A program made the position numbers and the translations under genes. Below are positions 39,062 to 50,372 of a DNA stretch of 64,000 nucleotides, one piece after another. The notes under the pieces were generated by a model. That model searched no databases. It was not told where the DNA came from and was given only the letters and a program-made list of their open reading frames with translations. How positions within the stretch are numbered: the first letter of the stretch is position 1; each line of letters starts with the position of its first letter. The DNA comes from Convolutriloba macropyga. Lineage: Eukaryota. The stretch spans positions 4,898,001 through 4,962,000 of the forward strand of contig NC_134468.1 in NCBI RefSeq assembly GCF_964194025.1. The letters run 5' to 3'.

Positions 39062-42000
39062 CTCGAAATGGCAGGGCTTCATTTTCAGCTGACTAAGTAA
39101 AAACCTTGCGTGGCGGAAACAGCCCAGTGGAGGCGTTGTTTGCAAAAATAATTATAAAAGACAAATTGGTAATGGCCTTAATTGATAGTGGAAGTAGTGT
39201 TAATATTATAAGCGACACACTCTACAAGCTATTGAGGGGCCCGAGCCAGATCAGAATGTGCAATAAAAATATAATAGCTGCCAACAACGGGGAAATTGCC
39301 TGTAATGGAGTCAGCAGATATTCAAATTCAACTTCAAAAATTTACATGTGAAATAACAGTTGAATTTCTAGTGACCAGAATTGAGAAAAGGCCCTGTTTA
39401 TTAGGCATGGAATTCTTATACAGGTTTGACTGTATATTAAACCCCAGAAAAAACGAACTGTTCTGCGGAAAATTTGGGAAAACTTCACAGTTGTCCCATC
39501 ACAACGAAGTAACAGAAACTTGTTTTTAATTGCGGAAGAGGATCACAATTTAACTTGTCGCTGCGAACTTCTCATTAAATGTAGTATTGTTGACGAAGAA
39601 GGTAACAAAGCACAACAAAATGAAATTATAGTCGGACACCTAAAGGAGTTTGAAGACAAATAACGTTTATTAATAGCGAGATCGCTAAAGGATATGGTTG
39701 ATGATGTAGTATGGGTTCGAGTTCTGAACCCTACAGTAGAACAAAAGAAAATTTACAAAAATGCGAGAATCGCATTTGCGGAAAACACTGAAAAGATTTC
39801 AAGAATACAGCAAAACAATCTTGACAATAATGCAAAATCAAGAGATGAATTTGACTTCAAGAAGCATGTAAACACAAGTTCAATGAATTTAACCTGTGAT
39901 GAAATGGCAAAAGTGAGGTCACTTTGCACAAAATTTGAAACAATTTTTTCGCGAAACTCAAACGATATGGGATTTTGCGATCGAATTCATCACAAAATTA
40001 AATTGAAAATGCCATTTCAGACGTACATACGGCAACTTGAGCTTTGAGAAACGAAAAGCCATGAAAAAAATTGTTGAAAACTTGGAACGAAATGACTTAG
40101 TTGAACCAACACACTCTGATTGGGCAGCACCATCATTACTGGTACCAAAAAAAGACGGAACCTACCGCTTAGTTGTAGACTACAGTGGTCTAAACAAACA
40201 AATAGAGAAAACCTGCTGGCCATTACCACGAATTAATGAGGTTTTTGATTCATTGGAGGGAAACATGTACTTCTCAAACATTGATCTTCTGTCGGGATAG
40301 TTTCAAATGGCGCTGGAAGAAGAGAGTCAAAAAGTAACAGTTTTTATAACACCTTTGGGCCTATATAAGTGGAAAAGGCTCCCTATTCGACTAGCTTCTG
40401 CACCAGGAGCTATTCAAAACCTAATGGAATTAATTTTTGCTGGTCTCTCTTACGAAGTAGCTTTAGTTAATCTAGACGACGTTATCGCTTTCAGAAGAAA
40501 TTTCGAAGAACATCTTAAACGGTTAGAGCTGGTTTTCCAACGTTTATCGGAGAATGGATTAAAGATTAAAGGATCAAAATGCAATTTCTTCCGAAAGCGC
40601 GTCAGCTTTTCAGGACATATTATATCTGAGAGTGGTGTCGAGGTCGACCAAGAGAAAGTAAGAGCGGTAGAAAGAATGAACGAATCATCATCCTTAAAAG
40701 ACGTCAGGGCTTTTCTGGGCTTTGTGGGCTTTTATCGACAACTTATTCCGGGTTTCGGAAAAACAGCAGAACATCTTTACAGGTTACTAAATAAATCAAA
40801 TAAATTTGAATGGAGTACAGAGTGCACAAGTGCGGTAGCACAGTTGAAGAAAAAGCTTTTGGAAGCCCCAGTTTTAGGATATCCAAACGATACGGATCCA
40901 TATACATTAACTACCGATGCATCATTGACACGCATCGGAGCAATTCTTACACAAAAACAAGGAACTGAGGATAGAGTTATTGCATATGATAGCAAAATTT
41001 GAGTAAAAGTCAACGAAACTACTCAGCAACTAAGCGGGAATTATTCGCAATTGTTCATTTCACCCATTATTTTGACAACTATATACTTGGTCAGCAATTT
41101 TTAATTATGACGGAACACAGGGCTCTCGTGTGGATCTATTGTTTTAAAGAACCAGACGGTATGGTCGCAAGATGGATAGAGAAACTTGAGCAATTTAATT
41201 TTGACGTCAAGTATAGAGCAGGTAAGAAATCCCACACATTGACTGTCTTTCGCGCATAAGCACAGAAGATGAGGAACAAACAGCTTTCGTTAGCGCTATT
41301 GCACTAGACGTAGAGCAAGACGATACCGACTATAGTAGTCGAGGTTGGCAGTTACACAAACTACAGAAAATAAAACTGCGAGATTCGCAGCAAAGTGACA
41401 ATATACTCAAAGAAGTATATTCATAGGTCAAAAACAAAAAAAGACCCGAATCACTGCAAATGAGAAACGGAGCTTCGAAGGAGTTATGGAAATACTGGGT
41501 TCAGTATAAAAAATATTTGTCTCATAGAAGGGATTTTGTATCGAAAACACCAAACAGAACCTAACTTAGAAACTGTTTACCAAATGCTGGTACCCTGGGG
41601 TAGAGTGTCCAATGTTCTTTAGCTGTTGCATGATTTGCCTAGCGCAGGACTTTTTGGTATAGAGAAAACGTACAAAAGGGCTTGCGAAAGGTTTCATTGG
41701 CCGTGCATGAGAAGGGACGTAAGAAATTGGATGAAAAGCTGTGACGGGTGCCTAAAAAGGAAAGGCACTAAACAGAAACATCGACATTCACTCACAAAAT
41801 AGAAACCTTGTCATCCATTTTGGCAAGTTTCTCTCGATATCATGGGTCCACTTCCGGAATACCAAGGAAAAAAAATACATTTTGCTTCTCTGTGATCAAT
41901 TCAGTAAGAGGTACGAAGCCGTAGCGTTAGCCAATAAGAGACAGAAACTGTGGCAAAAACGTTTGTTGAACACTGGATAGTGAGATTTGGCCAGTCAACC

Positions 42001-43102
42001 TACACAGTGAGGAAGGGTCAAATTTATGTTTAAATTGTTTTGTAGTCTTTGCAGTGAACTAGGAATTCAGAGGACATCAACAACATCCTACCACCCACAA
42101 GGGAACGCGATGATTGAACGAACAAATGGAACAATAGAAGAAAGCCTCTCCAATTATATAGGACAATACCAACACGAAAAGGACAAATTTTCTACCTTTA
42201 GCGATGATGGCTTATCGATCATCAATCCATTGTTTAGCAAAATATAGCCCAGCATATGTGGTATTGGGTTTTCCACTATCACTGCCTATAGACTGCATCT
42301 ATAGCACACCACAAACTGCAATATATGCCACACCAAGTGACTAAGTTTACTCAACGAAACAAAAACTACAGGAAACGCATCAGCTGATGCGAGAAAGTAT
42401 GGATGTTGAACAAGAACGCCAGAAGACCTATTACGATCGCAGTAAATATGGACCGAACTATAAGGTAGGAGAAGATGTGTTAGTTTTCAACCCAACGGTA
42501 GAAAAGGGAGAAACACAGAAAATTACTTCTGTTTATAGAGGACCATACAAATTGTTAAAATCATAAACGATTTGAACTTCAGGGTGGAAGATAAAAAGAC
42601 GAAGAAAGCTATTAAGGTCCATTATGACCGACTAAAAAAATATAAAACGCGAGAAAAACCATTTACGCTTGAGCCTCAGGCAAAACAAAAAACAACAGTT
42701 AAGTAGGAGAAAAACATTTCTTTGGAGAGCTCAGAGGACGATGATATAATTGAAATAGAATCATCCACAGACAGTGAAAGAAATCTGAACTCAGAAAATC
42801 AATCTGAAGCTGAGAATGTAAACAATTCACTAAATCCTACAAATGACAAGGTTGAAAATGAAACTAAAGAGTCAGAGCTAGAAACCCTTAAAGGGCAAGA
42901 GAAGGCAAACAAAATTGCCGAAGGAAGAGGTGGATCTTCTTCAAAACCTAAAGAGAAAGCTGGAAGGAAATCAGCACAAACAAAAATTCCAAAAGCGGAA
43001 AAAAGCCACCGGAAGGTAGTAGTAAAACAAAAAGCACTGAGGAAAAGGTTAATAGTGAAACAAAGGTGCCAAAAATGGCAACAAGATCCAGCAGCCGATT
43101 AA
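39046..43102 (+). pseudogene. pol: Gypsy pol (aspartic protease, RT, RNase H, integrase with GPY motif, charged tail); multiple stops and frameshifts
   Basis: ALIDSGSSVNII (protease); SDWAAPSLLVPKKDGTYRLVVDYSGLN..LPRI..NLDD (RT); LTTDAS..RNYSATKRELFAIV (RNase H); TTSYHPQGNAMIERTN (integrase); RGPY at about 42540. Confidence 0.93.
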
Positions 43103-43211
43103 AATCGGTACCTGAGAAACTAAAGAATTACTTTACTGAGCAAGATGATGAGTATTTTAGCAGTGAGGAAGCTGATGATGTTTTTGTTTCAGGAAAATTC
43201 GGAAAGAAATA

Positions 43212-45283
43212 ATGGAATCTAAAAGAAATGCGAGTTCATCCGGAGCATCGTGTGATGGAGTATCACTATGTTTGTATCTGGCAATGATAGCCATTTTCGC
43301 TTCTCCTTCACTTTGTATTAAATTATACGGCTATGATTTTGACAATATGGTATCAACTAAGATATTTTCTCTGGATCACAGTACAAACTGTGGTAACAAA
43401 ATTCGAGTATCGAAAACAACAGAAGAAGGTAGTTTGATGTATTTGATATATGCTGAGGTTCAAATTAAGACTTTGCATGTATGAAGCGGCATATACTGTG
43501 TCTGCACTTCAAAAGAGCAATGTATAAGACAATGTTGTCTTTATTACCAAAAATTCAAGACTCCTAAAATCCATATATCCATTAAACGAGGGAACTGTAG
43601 AAGCAATTGGCAAAACAAAAACTTCGCTTTACCGGGTTTTGGAGATAAAACCTTTAAAGTCAACAATTCAGTAACGGAATATATATTACAACGAGCAAGT
43701 GGAACCACTTATGTTGAGGAGCATAGCCAGAGCTTCATGAAGAAAATAATTGTAGAGGTGCTATGTAAGCTGAGCCTATAGAGTGGGTTTCACTTACAGG
43801 ATTAAAACTTGAAATGTGAAGATCAATGCAAAAATTTCCATCGGAACAATTTGGGGAAAGCTGCTACAAAGAAAACTCTTAAGCTTTAAGGATCCCCTAG
43901 GTTTTCCAAAAACTGTTTTCATCAAAACCGCACATTTTGAAGATGACTTAGTAAATGATTTTTTCAAAAATCAAGGCAAGCAAACTTGTCAATTTATTAA
44001 ACACTTTAACAAGGAGGACCATGCAAAAATTTTTGGTAACAACAAGACCACATCTATCAGCGGAAACATTTTACACAAAAAACAAATATGAAGATTTCGC
44101 TTTGGAAACTTTAGAGGAAAAAGCAATTTTGTGTGGACAACAGTTAAAAGTAACCAGAGTCCCAGGTGTTTTTTACTCCGAGAAAAATTCAGAACTGACA
44201 ACTGTTAATCTAAAAATAACCTTGGAAATGTTTCTGTCAAGTATTATCGACAGCTTTTAGTTCGATTTATTCGAAGAGAGGGAATTTTTTTCATGAACAT
44301 AAGAACGCTGCAATGTGAAATTCAACGACTGAGAATTCAAACAGTGATCGAAACATCAATAAACTTTGTGAGCCCTTCAGTAACACTCTTCGAGCCAGGA
44401 ACTCACGTTGAAAGAGCAGGATCTGTTTTGTATGTCCATAAATGTACAAAGATGGTAGCAACAAAAACTAAGCTTACTTTTTGTACAGAGGGAGTTCCGG
44501 TGTTAGTAGAAGGTCAAAATTTTTCTTTTATTAGGTATTTGGAACCCCTCACCAAAATTTTGTATCATATTTATACAATCGCTGCATGTAACCCGCTGTA
44601 CACAAATGTCGTCAAATTAGAAGACGGCAGTTTTCAATAATATGGAGAAACACTGAAGAAATTCGATCATGAAATATATCAATGCCGATGAATAATGACT
44701 TGAATTCTAGTGATCAAAATCTACATCGTAGACTTTTTTTCCCCATCAGATTTAAAAAAGAGTCAAATCGCTCGAACAATTCGCCACAATAGTAAAGGAA
44801 TTATCAGTCGAGAAGCGTTCCAAGACTCGGATTGAAAATACAATCTTGATAATTTTGTACATTGAAGCAACCAGTTTCAACAAGAAATTGTTTTTAGCAA
44901 AAGAAATAACGATTTTTTGTAACTTAAAAACTGAAAGCTTATACGTTTGGTTAAAAGCTAAGGACATTACTGTGTCAGTCTTAACAGTCTACCTCATATT
45001 CCAGTTTGTGAAAAATTTTCCTAAATTGTTCTTCTATTTAGGATTAGTCATTAATGGAGCATCCTGGCAACAATTGTTGCGGAATCTCGACCCTGTAACG
45101 GTAACACGTATGTATAATCAACTACTCAAATTAATTAATGAGCGCCGAGAACAAAAGAAAATGATTGAAGAGAGAGTCCTTGAAATAGTCGGTTGTTTAA
45201 ATAAAATAAAATTAGCAGTCTCTAGTTCAAGACCAAAAAAAATGAAAATGAGTTGTCTTGAGTTCAAGACAGAAAAAAAATGA
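43212..45283 (+). pseudogene. env: Envelope-like glycoprotein ORF (chuvirus-type fusogen-like), fragmented
   Basis: Signal peptide (VSLCLYLAMIAIFASPSLC) followed by LYGYDF..SL....C; LCGQQLKVTRVPGVF; LQCEIQR..PGTHVERAGSVLYVHKC..C.E.VPV..YLEPLTKIL..CNP; C-terminal hydrophobic segment (ITVSVLTVYLIFQF..LFFYLGLVI). Splice-acceptor-like TTTTTGTTTCAG at 43181-43192. Confidence 0.75.
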
Positions 45284-45385
45284 AAATGAGCTGTCTTGAG
45301 TTCAAGACCAAAAAAAATGAAATAGAGTTGTCTTGAGGTCAAGAACAATAAAAATAAAGGAAAAATCTTGAGATCAAGACTGAAA
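45215..45385 (+). repeat. Tandem repeat of about 38-40 bp (4-5 copies), each with hairpin GTCTTGA-GT-TCAAGAC
   Basis: aaaatgaaaatgagttgtcttgagttcaagac is repeated between env and the J-domain ORF. Confidence 0.8.
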
Positions 45386-45462
45386 ACATTGAGAAACTTT
45401 GGAAGCACAAAAGGTTCCCATTAAACATAGCAGGCAGCGCGACCCCACAAATTGGTGAATAT

Positions 45463-46319
45463 GTGTACTATATGGCGGAGTTGTGGAAAGTTATTTCGGA
45501 GATTTCCCCGAGAGTGTACCGAGTGGAATCTTGTCTGTCACGGACTTGGAAGGTGTCTACACTAGAACTTCTGGCTCACGCCAATATTCGGTCCCGAGCT
45601 CTGCAGACTGAAGTGGAACTGCAAAACCAGTGCGCGCAGTTATAGAAGTTGAAGAGTACAAACTCCAAAAAGATCTTGTGGAGCTTCGACAAAAACTAGA
45701 CAAACATTGCGACAAAGCCAAAGAGGCAACAAGAGAAGCATTGGGAAAACTGAGCGCCGAGTGTGAGGCGCTAAGAGATAACCTAAAGGCGGCGGCAGCT
45801 AGAAATGCCGAACAAGAGCAGTCAATCGTCTTACTTAAGCAGGAGTTGGCCGATCTAAAAGTCAATGTTGATAAAAAGAGCGAAGCCATGGAGAAAATGG
45901 AGAAAGAGAATGACCAATAGAGGTCAGAGCTTCGGCAGTTGGAAAACTATAACCACTACTTGGCGAGTGAGTGCCGAAAGAAAGACAATATAATCGATAG
46001 ACAAAAGCATTCTTTGAAGAACGAGAAAGCCAAAACGAAGGCCACAGAAAAATGTTCATTCGAGATTTGGAATAAAAATGTATTTAATCGGCCTGCGACA
46101 TTGTACGAGATTTTGTTGGTAAAAAATTCTGCTTCAAAAGATCAGATCAAAAAACACTACCACAAAATGAGCTTGTTGACGCACCCTGATGCTGGTGGAG
46201 ATGAGTTTTTCAAGACCATTAATCGAGCATACCAAATACTGATGAACGATGGGGCGCGAGGAGCGTACAACAATTTTGGGCTGGACGAGGCAGAGAAAGT
46301 CATGAATTACAAAAACTGA
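45463..46319 (+). pseudogene. Proviral ORF4: coiled coil plus C-terminal DnaJ/J-domain
   Basis: The 45630-45920 coiled-coil ORF and 45939-46319 are in the same frame, separated by one TAG. The J-domain reads TLYEILLVKNSASKDQIKKHYHKMSLLTHPDAGGDEFFKTINRAYQILMNDGARGAYNNFG, with HPD at 46182-46190. Confidence 0.88.
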
Positions 46320-46436
46320 TACCTAACCTTTTTATACGACAAGTACAAACTTTTCGTATTTTAGAACGTTCATGCATCAAGAATTGTAAAATTTGTTTGA
46401 TTTTTATGTGAGTGAGTGGCACACTCTGTCCTTATT

Positions 46437-46448
46437 GAGAGGGGGAAG
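46437..46448 (+). promoter_or_regulatory. Polypurine tract
   Basis: GAGAGGGGGAAG directly abuts the 3' LTR. Confidence 0.9.
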
Positions 46449-46876
46449 TGTGAGTTTCACACGTATATAAAAAAGGTGTACTAAAAACCTTGGATTTCAA
46501 GGTCAAAGATTTAGTTTAAATTTTAATTTATTACCTGATTAATGACTGACACAATCTTGATAGGTGTCGACAAATTGAAAAATACAAAGCTCGGGCTTCG
46601 ACCAATATTAACAATTGTGGCACATCAGTATCTACTTGGTTAATTTACCACGGTGATAGAACCGATATTGGGTACGGACAAAACTGAGGATAAAACTCTT
46701 TCATTGAACACCAAACCTACCTTCAGAGTTAATCACTCTATTAGATCTTCATTTATTTGAAACCATTCTCTTCTGCTCTTATCTACTTATTAATTAAACT
46801 TCAATCCTTGTATTTTGAACAAGTACCACGCTCAATTACTAAAGATAACAAATATTGCGCACGGGTGGCTGCTATT
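46449..46876 (+). repeat. 3' LTR
   Basis: Direct repeat of 37128-37556, followed by TSD GCAA. Confidence 0.95.
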
Positions 46877-48434
46877 GCAATGCTATCACGAAACTCGTTT
46901 TTTCGTTAGGTCAAAGTGATATCGTTTCAATGGCCTAGCTTTCAACCAATTTGATGCTCCTTTTTCACTAGATAAGTCAAGTGAGAGAATCCTGTTCTTA
47001 TTCAATTCGGTCTTATATTAGTCTTTTTTGATTTGATACCGAGCTCTTTCCCCTTTTTATTTCCTGTATGATCTGTTGTTGCTTTAGTTCGGCTTCGGGC
47101 GAGATAGGGATAAGGGACTTCTAGGTGAACTGATCGCTCATAACCCCTAAAACTGTCTTCAGGTTTGAGGATGTTCGGGCCAACCTCCCTTATCGCCAAC
47201 GAAAAGAAGGTCCGGTGTTTTTGATTATAGGCGGGATTCTTTATTAGATTAGGCGAAAACTCATCGTTGATTGATCTAACATTCGTCTAACTGGCCTTCA
47301 GTATTGGGTGTTGTACGAGCTAAGAAGGTCAATTCATGCTGAACCAATGAAGTGAACGATTTATGAAGATTTTGAGGTGAAATATTATGAACGGCCAGCT
47401 TTTTCAACAACAATTTCTGCTGTTAAAGTGATCTTTCTACAAAATTTGCTGCGTTAAAAGAACCTATTATACTAAGTACTCTACAACTGTTAACTATTTG
47501 CTCTTGGTCGTGAACAAAATTCTGCTGTGCTTTTCCAAAAAGATGTTCTTGGGTAATGATGTGGCATTTGGTAAGATGGTAACCGAACCGACTGTGTTTT
47601 TTCGGTGAGCCAAAATGCTTTTTCAAGTTATCAGGAGAGCCGACAGCGTTGCCATCGTCTGTATACCACTTTTGAACGTTGAAGCAATCGTCGGAAAATT
47701 CAATTAAGAGGATATTGACAATTCCATACATCGACATCTCAAGGAGATTGCCCTGGGTTGTACCTTCCTGAGAGAACATTGTTTGTTTTTTAACAAATTG
47801 ATGTTTCACGATAAAAATTGCTTACGGAAACATAGAGTGAAGTGCATAATTGCCCAATGTTTTGTTAAGGCAAGATCACGGTTGAGATTATTTTTGCGTC
47901 GATAAGCAAAATCGCCTCCGAACCAGTGTTTTTAATGAATGAATTGCATGTTCAATTCTTTCCCTTCACCTTTCAATTCATCCTCAATTTTGACCCATAC
48001 ATGGTTGCTGATCACTACCTTGAATTTTAAGGTCAGTTTTAATACATTTGAAAACAGTTTTTTAATCGTTCGTACCACGGATTAATTACCCCAGAGCTAT
48101 CAACCGACATGAATTATACGAAGAAGGAAAATCAAATGAGACGTAGCTAAACGTAATGCTAGTTTAGCAGTCGTTTGCATAGATCAGTTGAGGGCAACCC
48201 AAAGGATGTCAGAAGATTTCGCACTTTGTTGGCATCCAGGCAGGAAAGTCACTGCCTTCCATGGCAGACTTTCTAAACATTGAGGCATTGAGTTTGTCAA
48301 ATATGGATTGATGGTATGGTTAATTTTTTTGGATGTTCATTATTTACCAGGTAATTCAAATTTGCACTGCTTGGTTCCCGATGTTTTTCGCGTAACATCA
48401 AGAACTGTTTTCTTATCAACGTTGTCATTTCTAG
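46877..48434 (-). mobile_element. CRE-type non-LTR retrotransposon 1, 5' part (RT), 5'-truncated and decayed
   Basis: SQEGTTQGNLLEMSMYGI..VQKWYTDDGNAVG..RFGYHL matches CRE-type RT motifs; it continues 36236-37127 across the LTR element. Confidence 0.85.
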
Positions 48435-48495
48435 TCACTGCATCGTAGATAAATTTAAAGACAAGGCAGTATAACTCTTTGGAGCTGCGTCATGA
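48435..48495 (+). repeat. Right copy of the 61-62-bp direct repeat (putative TSD or target)
   Basis: tcactgcatcgtagataaatttaaagacaaggcagtataactctttggagctgcgtcatga. Confidence 0.85.
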
Positions 48496-49440
48496 GAATT
48501 GAATTTTTATATAATTTGTTATGAATCTAGTCTCCCTTCCTGCACTATGGCACTGCGTGAACTATCAATGTCGGTTGGCCACTTAGAACAACGGCATCCT
48601 CGGACGCATATGATAGCGCTGCACAAGAGAGCAAAACGTATTCTCAAGAGTATGTATATCATAGCGTCCGAGTATGATTCGTCTCTTTTCAGCAATTTTG
48701 CTAGCTTGTTGTTTCAGTGTCTTATAGTGCGCTTTGCGGACATTCCTGTGCCCTCTTGCAGGAAAACATTAGCGGAACGAAGTTACTCCTCTCGATGTCA
48801 AGTATTCGTTGCTCATACTTAAGGAACTTCAATGACTCATGATATTTGTACGCTTCAACGGAGTGTTTCGGGTATAACTTGAAGAGTGTGTTAAAGATCT
48901 TTACGTCAAAGAAAGAACGGCTGAATCTGGACTCGACTTGAAGCAATTGTCGGCTTAACCTCGAAATCATAGCAAGCCTCAAGCATGATCTTAGCAAAGG
49001 TATCGCGCATCTCGTTGTGTCTCATGTGTGTATAATCACCCTTCGTATAGTGGAGAGCATGTGATAGGGTGAACTTTTCACCACATGGACAACTAATTGG
49101 CGTATTTTTGGCCTCTTTTTTATCTCTAATGCAAAGCCTGTCTCTAAAATCGGATTTTGGTGAACCAAAAACCTTAAGGTTTAAAGGGTAGAGCTGTGAG
49201 CCTGTTCGAGGCTCCTTTTTCTGAAGAGATTTCCATTTCTTTTTCCGTTGTTCGGTCGGTAGGCTTTCCATACGATCCTTCTTACGCGATCGAGTTTTAT
49301 TCAGGCGTGCGGTTGGTTGGTCGTGCGTTATGCGTTCTTGAGTGAGATGAGCATTGCTCAATCCTCATCTTCATGAGTTGCGCATGCGGTCGGCGATGCG
49401 GCGTGCTCTATTCAGCGAAGGCTGCTCAAAACTTTTGGAA
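48496..49440 (-). mobile_element. CRE-type non-LTR retrotransposon 2 (3' fragment, RLE region), divergent from copy 1
   Basis: KSDFRDRLCIR..CPCGEKFTLSHALHYTKGDYTHMRHNEMRDTFAKIM..SFFDVKIFN..HESLKFLKYEQRILDIERSNFVPLMFS. Confidence 0.85.
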
Positions 49441-50197
49441 GATTTGGAAATGCGTTAATACCGAGTTTTCAGAAGTCAACCTTTGCACATGGCAGTTTTA
49501 CTGTCACTGCAACCCGTGCAGTAACAAGTAGACACTTTTAGATTGAAGGAAGAGGACCCTGCAGCTGTGTGTTGCGAAACCACATCATCAACAACAAACG
49601 CCTAGCTCTTAGCAGTGTTAATATCTCTCCCATCAGTGTGAAAATTTTGCATGAAAAACTCCGGATCTTTTCTGTTTCGGCCACTCCAGCTTAGTGAGCA
49701 TAATTTTTTTATGACCCCCAGGCGCTCCTGCTAGTTTCTTACAAAGTAACATAAAGTCTTACAAATTCCAATAAAATCTCTCTCAATGTAGCTGGCTTTG
49801 CATCTACCGTCAATAGTGAGGCCAGTAATACATCAAAATGAACAAGATTCTCGACTTTGAATCTAACTTGTATTTTGTGTTAGTAGTAACTTTTCTCTGC
49901 CTCTTATTTGATGTACGTTTGTGGGTGAAAAAAGAAAAAAACCTCGGGTCTCAATAGCAGAGATGTACTCCAGTTTTTAATTTAATACTTGATTTTTGGC
50001 CGTCAAAATGTTGACAGGTGTCAAAGAAATTTAATTGAGAATTGATGGAAAACAGAACTCAGGCTTTGCGCCATATCAACAAATCTGACGTATTAGTGCC
50101 CAGGTTGAGGTGACATCCCGAACAGACATCTGCTCAGCAGACCAAGTTGAAAGCACACGTTGAGTTCCCAGACCAAATTTACAGGGTCTGGGATTTG

Positions 50198-50372
50198 GGA
50201 TCTATTCTGTTTTGCCTCCCCCCCCAGGGTTAGTGAGCATAAATTTTTTATGACCCCCAGGAGCACGTGCTATTTTCTTACATAGTAACGTGCTATATAA
50301 CATAATTAAATTTGTAACTGGGGGTCATAAAAAACACTGGGGGGGGGGGGGGGGGCGAAACAGAATAGATCC
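50198..50372. mobile_element. Poly-C/poly-G MITE (Merlin-like)
   Basis: Intact TIRs GGATCTATTCTGTTT and AAACAGAATAGATCC; perfect 8-bp TSD GGGATTTG. Confidence 0.9.

Larger units (their letters stand above)
37128..46876 (+). mobile_element. Full-length decayed Ty3/Gypsy (Metaviridae) provirus: gag, pol, env-like and J-domain ORFs
   Basis: Paired 429/428-bp LTRs, PBS-like TGGCGAC, PPT GAGAGGGGGAAG, TSD GCAA (37124-37127 and 46877-46880), domain order PR-RT-RH-IN. Removing the element restores the host-element frame EFRDSIALHY. Confidence 0.95.

Noticed and set aside
45215-45385. Palindromic repeats with spacers resembling a CRISPR array
   Set aside because: The spacers are near-identical A-rich sequence rather than unique, the context is a eukaryotic retroelement, and no cas genes are present.
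45939-46319. Independent host DNAJ gene or processed pseudogene
   Set aside because: It lies between env and the PPT inside the LTR pair, with no TSD, poly-A tail or introns of its own, so it is treated as part of the provirus.
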